DNA from: a virus
Taxonomy: Duplodnaviria; Heunggongvirae; Uroviricota; Caudoviricetes
IMG/VR virus record: IMGVR_UViG_3300021168_000019
Location: 1-26,671 of that record
DNA: 26,671 bases
Direction: 5' to 3' (one strand)
The translations under genes and the position numbers were made by a program. The notes under the pieces were generated by a model. The model ran no database searches. It was not told the DNA's origin and was given only the letters and a program-made list of their open reading frames with translations. This document shows positions 12,648 through 21,773 of the stretch, piece by piece (the stretch's first letter is position 1; each line of letters starts with the position of its first letter).

Positions 12648-13925
12648 CTAATCAATTTCTGTATGAATGAATTCAGCAATACGTCCTTGTTCTTTATTCC
12701 AGACGATTGCCTCAGCTTGACGTAGATTGCCAACAAAGTGTTCAGCACTGTGCCAAGCATCGGGTGGACAGAGGGCCGCAAATGTTCGCACTCTAACGCC
12801 GAACTTTTCATCTACCTTTAGCCCATGTGTATGCCCGATATGAATTTCACGGAACTTAGTCTCACCAAAGTCTTGTGGACGTTCTGTTGCCATCCATAGG
12901 CCGTAGTCAGCTTTTTTTCCTTTGTCCCCGTGCGTGAAGCCTAGTAACACTCTGCCCCAACGATAGAACTTGTGTGGGCTAGGACCATTATCAACTTCAA
13001 CGTCATCGTAGTTATGGAAGTAACATTCAAGTGAATCACCCAGTGTGAACGTACTCTGTGTATCGTGGTTACCGGGGATTACCTTTACCCGTACTACCTT
13101 ACAATGTGACCTTAGCTTCTCGATGGTTCTGCATAGCATTTCACGGACAGCTTTGTATGTCTTCTGATAGCGCGTGTCACTATTAACCAGTGTGCCTTTA
13201 GTTGTCTGACTGTTATAGTCATCAGAGTTTAGAAGATCATTTCCGACTCCTAATAGAATCTCGTCAAACACATAACCCTTTGCTCTACCTAGAATCGTAT
13301 CAATGGCACGTTCATAGGTTTCGATAGCGGTTGGCGTGTCATAATCTTGGTGACCGGTTTCCTTGCCCCATGCAAATTTACCAGCATGAAGATCAGGTAC
13401 AAGTAGCTCTAAGCTATTACCTGTTATAGCAATTGGCTTGCTAGCTTTCTTCGGCCAATGCGCCGATTCCTTGTACAATGCCTTCAGGTCTTCAAGTTCT
13501 TGGCGTGCTGCAATGATCGCCTTGCGCTTAGTTAGTGTAGCCTTTACTTGAAACAGTTGGTGAGACTTTGCCATGCGGTCTTCACCGACATTGGTTACAT
13601 ATCCCATGTCCCATTTGTTTACAATGAAACGTTCAACTTCCCAAATACCAAGGTCTACCTTGCAATGCTCCAGTAGTTCAGGTAACGTACTAATCGTAGT
13701 CTTTAGTGAGATGTCCCACTTGTCGCCGTGGAACTCGTGTTCCTCTGGCATATCCGGCACGCCTGTAGCAGCGGCTAGGAATGACTTAAACGTCGGAAAG
13801 TGCGCTGTCCATTGCGCTTCAGTGAATGCGCCTTTATCTCTGTAAAAGTCTCGGCTTACTTCCCCATACAGCCACAAAAGATTCTGTAAATCCACGATCA
13901 GTTGTTCTTTAGTTACGGCTTCCAT
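12648..13925 (-). CDS. Calcineurin-like metallophosphoesterase (Mre11/SbcD-type motifs) with N-terminal extension
   Basis: All five motifs: PDLHAG, GNDLLN, PGNHD, FTHGD and IGHTH. Strong GGAGGAG SD. Confidence 0.85.
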   Translation of the reverse strand: MEAVTKEQLIVDLQNLLWLYGEVSRDFYRDKGAFTEAQWTAHFPTFKSFLAAATGVPDMPEEHEFHGDKWDISLKTTISTLPELLEHCKVDLGIWEVERFIVNKWDMGYVTNVGEDRMAKSHQLFQVKATLTKRKAIIAARQELEDLKALYKESAHWPKKASKPIAITGNSLELLVPDLHAGKFAWGKETGHQDYDTPTAIETYERAIDTILGRAKGYVFDEILLGVGNDLLNSDDYNSQTTKGTLVNSDTRYQKTYKAVREMLCRTIEKLRSHCKVVRVKVIPGNHDTQSTFTLGDSLECYFHNYDDVEVDNGPSPHKFYRWGRVLLGFTHGDKGKKADYGLWMATERPQDFGETKFREIHIGHTHGLKVDEKFGVRVRTFAALCPPDAWHSAEHFVGNLRQAEAIVWNKEQGRIAEFIHTEID

Positions 13926-13954
13926 TCTCCTCCATAGGTTTCGATTTCATTACT

Positions 13955-13983
13955 ATAGTAACACATCTATTTCCTTTTGTCAA
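13955..13983 (-). promoter_or_regulatory. sigma70-type promoter for the phosphoesterase-to-tRNA operon
   Basis: Minus strand TTGACA(13983-13978)-17 nt-TACTAT(13960-13955). The -10 lies in the perfect palindrome TTACTATAGTAA (13950-13961). Confidence 0.8.
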
Positions 13984-14320
13984 CTGCCCGTTTACGGGGC
14001 TTGGCTCTCGCGGGGGCCGGTTGCTGTGTCTGCTGCATGGCCCAAAGTGTGGGAGCGTAAAAAGTACGGAAGTCTTGGCGCTGCTCGGATAGAGCCGCCG
14101 CAATTGTTGCTGTTTGGGCTTTAACGTCCTCGCGTAACCCCGTAATATGCGTATCCATGCTATTCTTTAATTCTACCACATTAGCATCTATACTAGTAAA
14201 CTTATTCTTGATCCATGTAATCACTTTGAAGACTCCAAAGATTAAACCTAAACCAGATACTACACCGCTGGCAACTTTTATTCCACCAAGTACTGCTACT
14301 GCACTAATAGGATCGACCAT
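13967..14320 (-). CDS. Membrane protein with coiled-coil C-terminus (holin/antiholin-like)
   Basis: Hydrophobic N-terminal 35 aa, then a heptad segment and basic tail. Directly follows the SleB paralog. AAGGAG SD. Confidence 0.6.
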   Translation of the reverse strand: MVDPISAVAVLGGIKVASGVVSGLGLIFGVFKVITWIKNKFTSIDANVVELKNSMDTHITGLREDVKAQTATIAAALSEQRQDFRTFYAPTLWAMQQTQQPAPARAKPRKRAVDKRK

Positions 14321-14330
14321 TACTTCTCCT

Positions 14331-14738
14331 TTAACGGAACAACATCAACGAATTCATATCAGCTACTTTTGGATGATTCGTGAGGTTGTTTAGAATCTTC
14401 TCTTGAAACCACGGATTAGTAATCGGTTTAGATGTATCGGCCCAATATACTGCACCCTTTGCATAATCTTTTGAACCATCATAGATCGCTTCAACTTCAT
14501 GAAGTAATCGTACAAAGTTCGGTTCCCATACTGACGGGGTTCCCTCCGGCTGCTCTATAGTGGCAGCTTTCGTGGGAATCCCATCAATAATCTCTAACCA
14601 GCTTCCCCATCCTAAACGCTGACGGTTAGCTAAACAGGACATCACCATACAACTCCCAAGGTGACCCCCAAAGTCTTTACCATGTTTCCAACCAGCTAAT
14701 ACTAGTTGGGCTTTTTGAAAGTCATCTTGTCTAAGCAA
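14331..14738 (-). CDS. SleB/Hydrolase_2-like paralog lacking the catalytic Glu
   Basis: Aligns by eye over its whole length with 7148..7567. WKHGKD replaces WKEARG. TTG start with AAGGAGAGG SD. Confidence 0.7.
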   Translation of the reverse strand: MLRQDDFQKAQLVLAGWKHGKDFGGHLGSCMVMSCLANRQRLGWGSWLEIIDGIPTKAATIEQPEGTPSVWEPNFVRLLHEVEAIYDGSKDYAKGAVYWADTSKPITNPWFQEKILNNLTNHPKVADMNSLMLFR

Positions 14739-14747
14739 TTCCTCTCC

Positions 14748-17369
14748 TTATTGCAGACTGCTTTGCGTTCCCATGATAGCATGACGTAGAGCATTGGCTG
14801 TTTTACCAGCGGCTACTTTACTTACAATTCCAGCCCCAGTTGCTACTGAACTAGATGCCGCTTTATTGGCAGCTTTCAAAGTGGCCCATGTAGCCGGATG
14901 GTTCGCAATGTGATCTAGAAATTCCCGTGCTGCGGTGAATCCGTTAGCACCCTCGGCTGCAAATGCTCCTAGTAATGCCGTAGTTATACCGTGTCCTACT
15001 GCTGCTCCACCTACCGCGCCGAGTGCTGGAGTGATTACCCCAAACTTCACAAGGTTCTTAACGCCATTTACGTTCTGTACATCCTTCAGTAGTTTATCAT
15101 AAGCTGCTGCACGTTCAGGAGTAGACTTGAACAAGGCATCCACAACTTCAGGAGAATCCTTTAATGAGCTAACAAACTTCATCAGCTTATCTGTGTTGAC
15201 ACTTCCCAATGCTCCTTTATCATTCGTGGCAGCTTCACGTAGTTGGTTCTGAAGAACTGAATTACCAAGTTCACCCATTGCTTCCGGTCCTACTGTTTGT
15301 GATAGTTGCTGCACACGTTCAGGATCGCCAAGTAAGGACTTCACACTTCCATTGCCCATCAAATCTGAGATAGTCTTAGTCGTATCCTTGATAGTTGCCT
15401 CAGCGCCGGGTATTACTCCAGACCCGTTAATCTGTTGAGCCTGCTTAATAGCATTTTCAACAGCACCGCCGTTCAATGATTCTTGAAACATAGTCTGTCT
15501 GACTTGAGGAGGAATACGAGTCCAGTTATTGAAAAACGTCTTGAAGTTAAACTGTCCTGTAGCTTTGTCTACTGCATCTGCTGCCATGCGCTGTACAGAT
15601 GAATCAGCTAGTTGCTTGAATGCGTCTTTGCCAATAGCATCGCGTACTGTGTTAATGTCAGAGATACTTGTGCCGCCGCTCATCAACCTCTTAGCCACGT
15701 CATTATCACCGCCCTTGAGCAATGCTTTGACATCTGTATTCTTAAACCGTGCAATACCAGTCTTGTAGTCTGCATTCATTTTCTGCAACGTTTGCATGGT
15801 TTCAGGCGGTGCTCCGCTCTGCTCGGCTAGTTGTTGAATAGAATCATCGACTCCGTTGATAAGCTTGTGGTAGATATCTCTATCTGCTCTTTGCTCATCC
15901 GTTGCCCATCCTGTCTTTCTGATACGCTCGTTAAGAAGTTTACGTCTATCGAGCAGTTGTTCCATGTTCAAAGTGATCGGCTCGTCTTCTTTCTTCTGAG
16001 CAATCTTAGCAAGTTCGTCCTGTGCTTCTTGCGCCGAAGGTGTAGGAGTTTCAACGCCATCTGCACCGGTAGTAGTTTCCTTAGCAGCTTCTTGCAGTTC
16101 CTTTTCACCGTATGGATCAATTAGCTTATCCAACATAGTGTTAGCTTTATCAGAACCCGGACGGGTCTGACTAAAAGCTTCATCTAGAGGATGCGCTTCG
16201 TCCTTTCCAATTCCCATTACTTCTTTAGCTGTTTGATGTAGTGGGCTATTCTCATAGGTTAGTTCGTGTCCTTCTGTAGCAGCCTTAAGTGTATCACGTC
16301 CCTTCTCGAATTCGTTGCCCAAAGCTTCGTAGGCACTATGCGCGGCCTTCTGAGCAGCACTTGTAATAGCTGCATATTCAGGAGCATTAGCCGCCATCGT
16401 TGCTGGAGATTGAGCAGCGTTAGCTAGTCTTCCCTCAGCTTCATCCTTAGCAGCCTGTGCGGTATCAATCTGGGGTTGTAATGCGCCTTCTACATGTTGT
16501 CCTAGCTGTTTATTAAGTTCAGTTTCAGTGGGACCCGCTGCGGCTTTACTTGCCAATTCTTCAGCGGTGTTTGCAGCGTTAGCTCCCTTCTCAAGTAACC
16601 CGCCTGCTATTCCCATTCCTGCGCCAAGAACTCCCGATGTTACACCGGTAGTAACTCCGCTCTTCGCAGCTTCACCAAGATCGCCGCCAGTCTTAATTGC
16701 CGTCTGTGCACCTTGTACTACACCTTGACGGAGCGCTGCTAATCCGTGTCCTGCAAGACGAGCAAGGACAGGATACTTTTGCAAAGCTGCACGTTCTTCA
16801 GGACCAAGTTCTGTACCAGCCTTTCCAACGTTGATACCAAGTTCTAATGCCTTGGCAATTGCCGGTGACTTCTCAATGTATTTCATTACGCTGGAAACTT
16901 GTTTTAGCTTATCAGCCATTGATAGTCCCTTCAAGGCTTCATCGCCCATCATGAACTCAGCAATGTTTTCAATTCCTTGTCCGATATTTTGTGCCGTTCC
17001 GTGCGTAGCGTTATTATCACCGGCTAGCCCGTGGAGTGTTTTACTTACTACTCCCGGCTGACCATTACTTAATCCAAGGTGTGACCCTACTTTGTTAGCA
17101 ATATCGGCACCGCCAGCTAGCGTACCGAATACTCCTTCGCCGATGCCCTCTAGGGTACCGGCTCCAGCCTTAGCCGCTTTAGTTGCCCAACTATCATTTG
17201 GCCCTGACTGAATCTCATCAGACTGTGGCTTTCCGAAGTTTGGGTTATCTACGAAATCGCTAGAAGCATTCGCAAGGGGTGGTTGATAATTTGGGTTATC
17301 CACGAAATCAGGAGATGCAGGTACCGCACTTCCGGTTTGTGGAGTAGTACCTGCCTGTTGATTTTCCAT
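14748..17369 (-). CDS. Large internal virion (ejection) protein
   Basis: 873 aa, Ala/Gly/Lys-rich and helical, with Gly-rich hydrophobic segments. Last of three large genes after the nozzle and GNAT genes, as in podovirus ejection cassettes. Confidence 0.65.
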   Translation of the reverse strand: MENQQAGTTPQTGSAVPASPDFVDNPNYQPPLANASSDFVDNPNFGKPQSDEIQSGPNDSWATKAAKAGAGTLEGIGEGVFGTLAGGADIANKVGSHLGLSNGQPGVVSKTLHGLAGDNNATHGTAQNIGQGIENIAEFMMGDEALKGLSMADKLKQVSSVMKYIEKSPAIAKALELGINVGKAGTELGPEERAALQKYPVLARLAGHGLAALRQGVVQGAQTAIKTGGDLGEAAKSGVTTGVTSGVLGAGMGIAGGLLEKGANAANTAEELASKAAAGPTETELNKQLGQHVEGALQPQIDTAQAAKDEAEGRLANAAQSPATMAANAPEYAAITSAAQKAAHSAYEALGNEFEKGRDTLKAATEGHELTYENSPLHQTAKEVMGIGKDEAHPLDEAFSQTRPGSDKANTMLDKLIDPYGEKELQEAAKETTTGADGVETPTPSAQEAQDELAKIAQKKEDEPITLNMEQLLDRRKLLNERIRKTGWATDEQRADRDIYHKLINGVDDSIQQLAEQSGAPPETMQTLQKMNADYKTGIARFKNTDVKALLKGGDNDVAKRLMSGGTSISDINTVRDAIGKDAFKQLADSSVQRMAADAVDKATGQFNFKTFFNNWTRIPPQVRQTMFQESLNGGAVENAIKQAQQINGSGVIPGAEATIKDTTKTISDLMGNGSVKSLLGDPERVQQLSQTVGPEAMGELGNSVLQNQLREAATNDKGALGSVNTDKLMKFVSSLKDSPEVVDALFKSTPERAAAYDKLLKDVQNVNGVKNLVKFGVITPALGAVGGAAVGHGITTALLGAFAAEGANGFTAAREFLDHIANHPATWATLKAANKAASSSVATGAGIVSKVAAGKTANALRHAIMGTQSSLQ
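17239..17309. repeat. Two-copy 51-nt-period repeat encoding AS.DFVDNPN
   Basis: TTTGGGTTATC(T/C)ACGAAATC at 17239-17258 and 17290-17309. Confidence 0.8.
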
Positions 17370-17376
17370 ATTTCTC

Positions 17377-20247
17377 CTATTGAGCTAGTTGGCCTGTAGC
17401 AACTACGTACTTCTTACCATCGGCCCCTATGCCAAGTTTTCCATCTCTACTCAGTTGTCTATACTGGTTAGCATTCCCCGGCTTAGGTGCAAATGCTTGC
17501 TGACCGCCGCCTGTTCCGCTCTGCGAAGCATGTTCCGTGTTCCAAGGTGTCTCATAACCCATACGCTGATATAGTCTATCTGAAGACTTAGGAATCATAC
17601 GTAAATGTGCAACTCCTCCTGTGCCTTGACTATACTCTTCGTCAAGAGGAGCAACCTTACCGTGCATAACTCCAGTGTACAACTTTGCCAACGAATGAAT
17701 CTGTTGGTAGGAGTTATTAGGATTCATGTTCTTCATTAGAGCTTCGATTTCAGCCTTATCAGGAGCAAATCCGCCCGATAGAACCTTACCCATTTCACCG
17801 TTAACCGCGTTGGTTAAAGCGGATAGGTTCGAATATGTATTCCCGCCCATTTGATAATTAAACGCATTGGCGAGTTTGTTCATTGCAGGGAATTGTCCCG
17901 CAACACCTGATCCGCCATTATTTGCTTCTTCAGCGGCATCAAGTAACATATTCAAGTGGTTCGCAACGCCAGCAGAAGCCGTGATGGTCTTCATGTCAGC
18001 ACTATTCGGGTCTTGGAACTTCTTAAGGTTAGTGTATAGTGGTTCACTATAAGACGGATTTAGTTGTCTTACAATGCTGACCATTTCATCTTGAGTGACG
18101 CCATGATCCTTGTACCACTTTTTATTAGATACACTGCTAAGTGGCGCTTCATATCTTCCAATTGCTTTGGCGTCAATAAGAACAGAAGGAGGAAGAGTTA
18201 CTCCCTGCTTTGCTAGATTTGCTGTCAAATCCTTATCAGACATGTTCAGAGAATCTTTAGGAACATCTGCATTAATCAAAGTTCCAATCTTTTCCTGTCT
18301 ATCATCGTAAGCCTTGGCATCGGCCTGAGCGGATTGCGCTGCCTTATTAGCGGCACGTTCTTCTTGAGCATCAGTTGCGACTTGAGCCTTACGAACTTCA
18401 GCTTGAGTCTGCATATAATCATCGTGATTCTTAATGTTCTGTGCACTGCCAAGGTAGTTCTGGATCAAAGCTGAATCCTTACCGAATCCTTTTGATTCCA
18501 TATCCTTCAAAGCTGCACCAAAACTTCCATCAGTATGTCCTAAAGAAGCATTGAACTTTTCTACGGCAGATGGAAACGTTGGGTGTGCCTGAGAGAACTG
18601 ACCGATATCTGGAAGCTTAAACTGGTCGCCTTCCTTTACAGGAGCTACAGCTTGTAATCCAATGTTATTCGCAATAGACTGAGCATAGTTATTTGTATCC
18701 GCCGCTGTATGCAGTTGTGTATCCACAATCTTACCATTCTGAATGGCTCCGGGTCCGCTGTAATACGCGGCCAGTGCAAGCTTTGGGTCTTTGTATTGAT
18801 TCAATAACTGTGCAAAGTACTGTGTTCCGCCTTTAATATTTTGTTCAGCATTGGTTCTATCAGTAACTCCCATTTGCTTTGCAGTTGCTTGCGTAAGTTG
18901 CATGACTCCTGTAGCGCCGGTAGGACTTACAGCGTTTGCATCTCCACCGGACTCTTGATGAATAATACCATGAATAAGTGCTTGGAAATTATCAGGAGTT
19001 ACAACGGTCTTAACCTGTGGAGCTATAGCGGTTGCAGTAGAATCTGCCAAACTTTGAATCTGTGCATTTTTAATTGGAGGAGCCTTTAATGCGCCTTCCT
19101 GAGTAAGATCAGCCGTAGAAGTTCTGCCGCCTTGTTCTTCTTCCGCTTTGTTAAGCGTTGTTTCGAAGTCCTTGAAGTTAGTCTTAGCTACTCCCCACCC
19201 TGCTAGCTGTGACTTCTTATTCATCCACAAGCCTGCATTCATGGCCGTGTTACCAGTCATTGGAGGTAAATCCTGTCCAGTCATTTCCTTATAGTTCTTA
19301 CGCTCTTCATCTGTTGGCTCGAATTGTGCTGTAAACTTTGGATCAAGAACCATGTAGTCCATGTCCCATTGTGGGACGCCACTAGGGTCTGTAGCTTGTT
19401 GACCATTCTGGTCTAGACGAGGAACACGAGCATAGGGAATAGCAGTATCAGCGGTAGCGTTATACTTACCAAGATCAGCATATTTAACAATGCCCTTTAC
19501 CATGCCGGGATATTCTTGTTGAATTTGATCGATAGTTGGCTTATATTGCGAAAGATATTTATCAGTATCCTCTGCATCCATACGCCCAATATTACGAGCA
19601 TTTGCGTATAGACGCATGTTAGTCTCAGTAACTTGTGCGCGACGGGCAAAGTCATCCTGTGCTTGCTTTTTCGCCTGCTCGTCTTGGTCTTGTACTTTTT
19701 GATTACTCTGCGCCATAGCTGCGGCAGTTCCCTTAGCAATTCCGTTAGGACCTTGACCGTTTGCTAATCCAGTGATTCCACCTGTCAATGCTTCCATCGC
19801 TAGGGCGAGGGCAAGATGCTGACCACTGACGGGAACTTTTTGCTTCGTAGTATTACCATAAGCATCTACATCATACTTATAGCGCGGTCCACCGGCAAGA
19901 GTCTCAGCAATGTCATGGAACATACTAGCTTTAGCAGTAACCGGATTCTGGGTAGGAGCCGGGGCCGCTGCTGGAACTGGTTGCTGTCCTTTTGAAAGAT
20001 CAGGTTGTTTTCCTTGTGGTCCGTTACTTTGATCCTGTGGCTGTCCGGGAGCCTGCGCAGCTTGAGGAGCCTGTGGTGTAGGAGTCTGAGGACCCTTATC
20101 GGCTGGCGATTGCGGAGGCTGTTGCTGTGAGGCTACGGCAGTTTGTGAAACCGTAGCATCATTAGCTTCTGGGTTAGCAACGTCAGTGATGTTCCCGCCG
20201 TTAGGTGGGTTTGAAACGCCTTGCATATTCTGTGTATCGTCTGCCAT
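17377..20247 (-). CDS. Internal virion (ejection) protein with soluble lytic transglycosylase domain
   Basis: IIHQESGGDANAVSPTGATGVMQL...NIKGGTQYFAQL...ALAAYYSGPG (SLT motifs with catalytic Glu). N-terminal region is P/Q/A-rich low complexity. Confidence 0.85.
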   Translation of the reverse strand: MADDTQNMQGVSNPPNGGNITDVANPEANDATVSQTAVASQQQPPQSPADKGPQTPTPQAPQAAQAPGQPQDQSNGPQGKQPDLSKGQQPVPAAAPAPTQNPVTAKASMFHDIAETLAGGPRYKYDVDAYGNTTKQKVPVSGQHLALALAMEALTGGITGLANGQGPNGIAKGTAAAMAQSNQKVQDQDEQAKKQAQDDFARRAQVTETNMRLYANARNIGRMDAEDTDKYLSQYKPTIDQIQQEYPGMVKGIVKYADLGKYNATADTAIPYARVPRLDQNGQQATDPSGVPQWDMDYMVLDPKFTAQFEPTDEERKNYKEMTGQDLPPMTGNTAMNAGLWMNKKSQLAGWGVAKTNFKDFETTLNKAEEEQGGRTSTADLTQEGALKAPPIKNAQIQSLADSTATAIAPQVKTVVTPDNFQALIHGIIHQESGGDANAVSPTGATGVMQLTQATAKQMGVTDRTNAEQNIKGGTQYFAQLLNQYKDPKLALAAYYSGPGAIQNGKIVDTQLHTAADTNNYAQSIANNIGLQAVAPVKEGDQFKLPDIGQFSQAHPTFPSAVEKFNASLGHTDGSFGAALKDMESKGFGKDSALIQNYLGSAQNIKNHDDYMQTQAEVRKAQVATDAQEERAANKAAQSAQADAKAYDDRQEKIGTLINADVPKDSLNMSDKDLTANLAKQGVTLPPSVLIDAKAIGRYEAPLSSVSNKKWYKDHGVTQDEMVSIVRQLNPSYSEPLYTNLKKFQDPNSADMKTITASAGVANHLNMLLDAAEEANNGGSGVAGQFPAMNKLANAFNYQMGGNTYSNLSALTNAVNGEMGKVLSGGFAPDKAEIEALMKNMNPNNSYQQIHSLAKLYTGVMHGKVAPLDEEYSQGTGGVAHLRMIPKSSDRLYQRMGYETPWNTEHASQSGTGGGQQAFAPKPGNANQYRQLSRDGKLGIGADGKKYVVATGQLAQ

Positions 20248-20255
20248 TTGTCCCC

Positions 20256-21104
20256 CTATTCGCCTATCGTGTTGTTGCCAAGATCAGGACTTGTGGTTGA
20301 GATTCCTGAGCCATCTCCGGCATAGCCAGTAGCACCTTGAATCTGTGAACCACTCATGCCGTTAAACATGCTGCTACCACCGCCGCCGAATCCCTTTACT
20401 AATCCGCCAGTAGCAGCGCCAGCAACTCCACCAAGAATACCTCCAACTGCTGACATCCAGCTATTATTCTGTTGAGATATTTGGTTAGCTGTGTTAGCAG
20501 CAGCTTCACCTGCATTATTAGCGGCTCCGGCTGCACTAGTTGCCGCCCCAAATACATTAGGTGCTTGTGCTAATCCCGATACTGCTGTATCATAATTCTG
20601 TCTACCAGTTGCGTAGTTCTCTTCTTGAATCTGGTTAAGCTGATTGGCTGTATTGTTTGCGCCAGCATTCGCCAATTCTGTTGCTTCAGTTGCAGCGGCT
20701 CCGCTAGGCAATCCTGTGTTCCCGCCGCCCGTAGCTGCATTGTTCTCGCCCAAAGCAGCCTTGGCATTCTTATACGCCGTTCCTGCATTAGTGATCGCTT
20801 GTGAGTTTCTAACCGCCAGTTCTGCCGGAGAGAATCCTTGTTGATTAGGACCTGCTTGAACAGTTGGTGTAAATGTGTTTAAGAGGTTTTGGAACACAGT
20901 TGAAGATGCGCCGAAAACCTGTCCAGCTTGTGATTGCAACTGATTCATGAACGTTTGTTGAGACGCGCCAATATCCTTCTGTTGGCTGGATGCCCCGCAC
21001 ATCAATTCAATAATTCCATTATACTCAAAAGACTCTGATTTGTCAAGGACATAGGAATTCAGACTATCATCCCAATGATACTGCAATTTCGTATAGATTT
21101 TCAT
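20256..21104 (-). CDS. Small ejection/pilot (DNA transfer) protein
   Basis: Ala/Gly/Asn/Gln-rich with a C-terminal GGILGGVAGAATGG hydrophobic Gly zipper. Position matches T7 gp14 / P22 gp7. Confidence 0.7.
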   Translation of the reverse strand: MKIYTKLQYHWDDSLNSYVLDKSESFEYNGIIELMCGASSQQKDIGASQQTFMNQLQSQAGQVFGASSTVFQNLLNTFTPTVQAGPNQQGFSPAELAVRNSQAITNAGTAYKNAKAALGENNAATGGGNTGLPSGAAATEATELANAGANNTANQLNQIQEENYATGRQNYDTAVSGLAQAPNVFGAATSAAGAANNAGEAAANTANQISQQNNSWMSAVGGILGGVAGAATGGLVKGFGGGGSSMFNGMSGSQIQGATGYAGDGSGISTTSPDLGNNTIGE

Positions 21105-21517
21105 TATTCCCTCAATCTCTTAACGAGCACGCTCTCGCTGAATTCTTCAAACCCCAATCGCTTGACACAGAATTTTCTTAACAAAGGGACCTCACTGGAG
21201 AAGAAGAATCCAGTGAAGCCATTATCTTTGGCTTTAGCCTCTAGTTCTGGAAAGCCTTCTAGCATAGCTTTCATATTACGTTTAGCATCCATGTTGTTTA
21301 TATATTGGATGTCTAGTTGAATAAATTTGCACGATTCAACACCAAAGGCTTGACCACGTACGAAACAAATAGGCCCATTGCTATCTTCATACACTAAACA
21401 TACTGATCCTTCTTCATAGAAGAATTCTGGGGAAGTTTCTCTATGATATTCGTCAGATATAAGAGAATCTGCTAGTGTAGTGTAGTCATTCTCTGTAATT
21501 AATCTATTGGTTACCAT
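21104..21517 (-). CDS. GNAT-fold-like virion assembly protein (T7 gp13 position)
   Basis: 137 aa with pattern VYEDSNGPICFV...LEAKAKDNGFTGFFF......RKFCVKRLGF. Syntenic position directly before the first ejection protein, with a TAATG overlap. Confidence 0.55.
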   Translation of the reverse strand: MVTNRLITENDYTTLADSLISDEYHRETSPEFFYEEGSVCLVYEDSNGPICFVRGQAFGVESCKFIQLDIQYINNMDAKRNMKAMLEGFPELEAKAKDNGFTGFFFSSEVPLLRKFCVKRLGFEEFSESVLVKRLRE

Positions 21518-21524
21518 TTATTCC

Positions 21525-21773
21525 TTAGCTTCCTAGTTGTCTATTACCGGGAGCCATTACTCTATGTTGAGGAACAGTGCCGCCGTTAAAGAACGTTCTA
21601 AGGGAGTCTGATGTAGCTTGCCATACTGGAGGAATCGGAGTTCTCAAGAAGATACTTGTTCCCGGTTCCAAGTTGTTAGACAATGACCCGCCTCCGGGTG
21701 GAGTCGGCTTATCAACCGGCTCATACCCAGATAGGTCAAGATTTGATTGTAGCATTTCATTAAGTGCTGGCAT
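21525..21773 (-). CDS. Hypothetical Pro/Gly-rich virion-region protein (82 aa)
   Basis: TAATG coupling with the nozzle stop and AGGAG SD. Confidence 0.65.
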   Translation of the reverse strand: MPALNEMLQSNLDLSGYEPVDKPTPPGGGSLSNNLEPGTSIFLRTPIPPVWQATSDSLRTFFNGGTVPQHRVMAPGNRQLGS

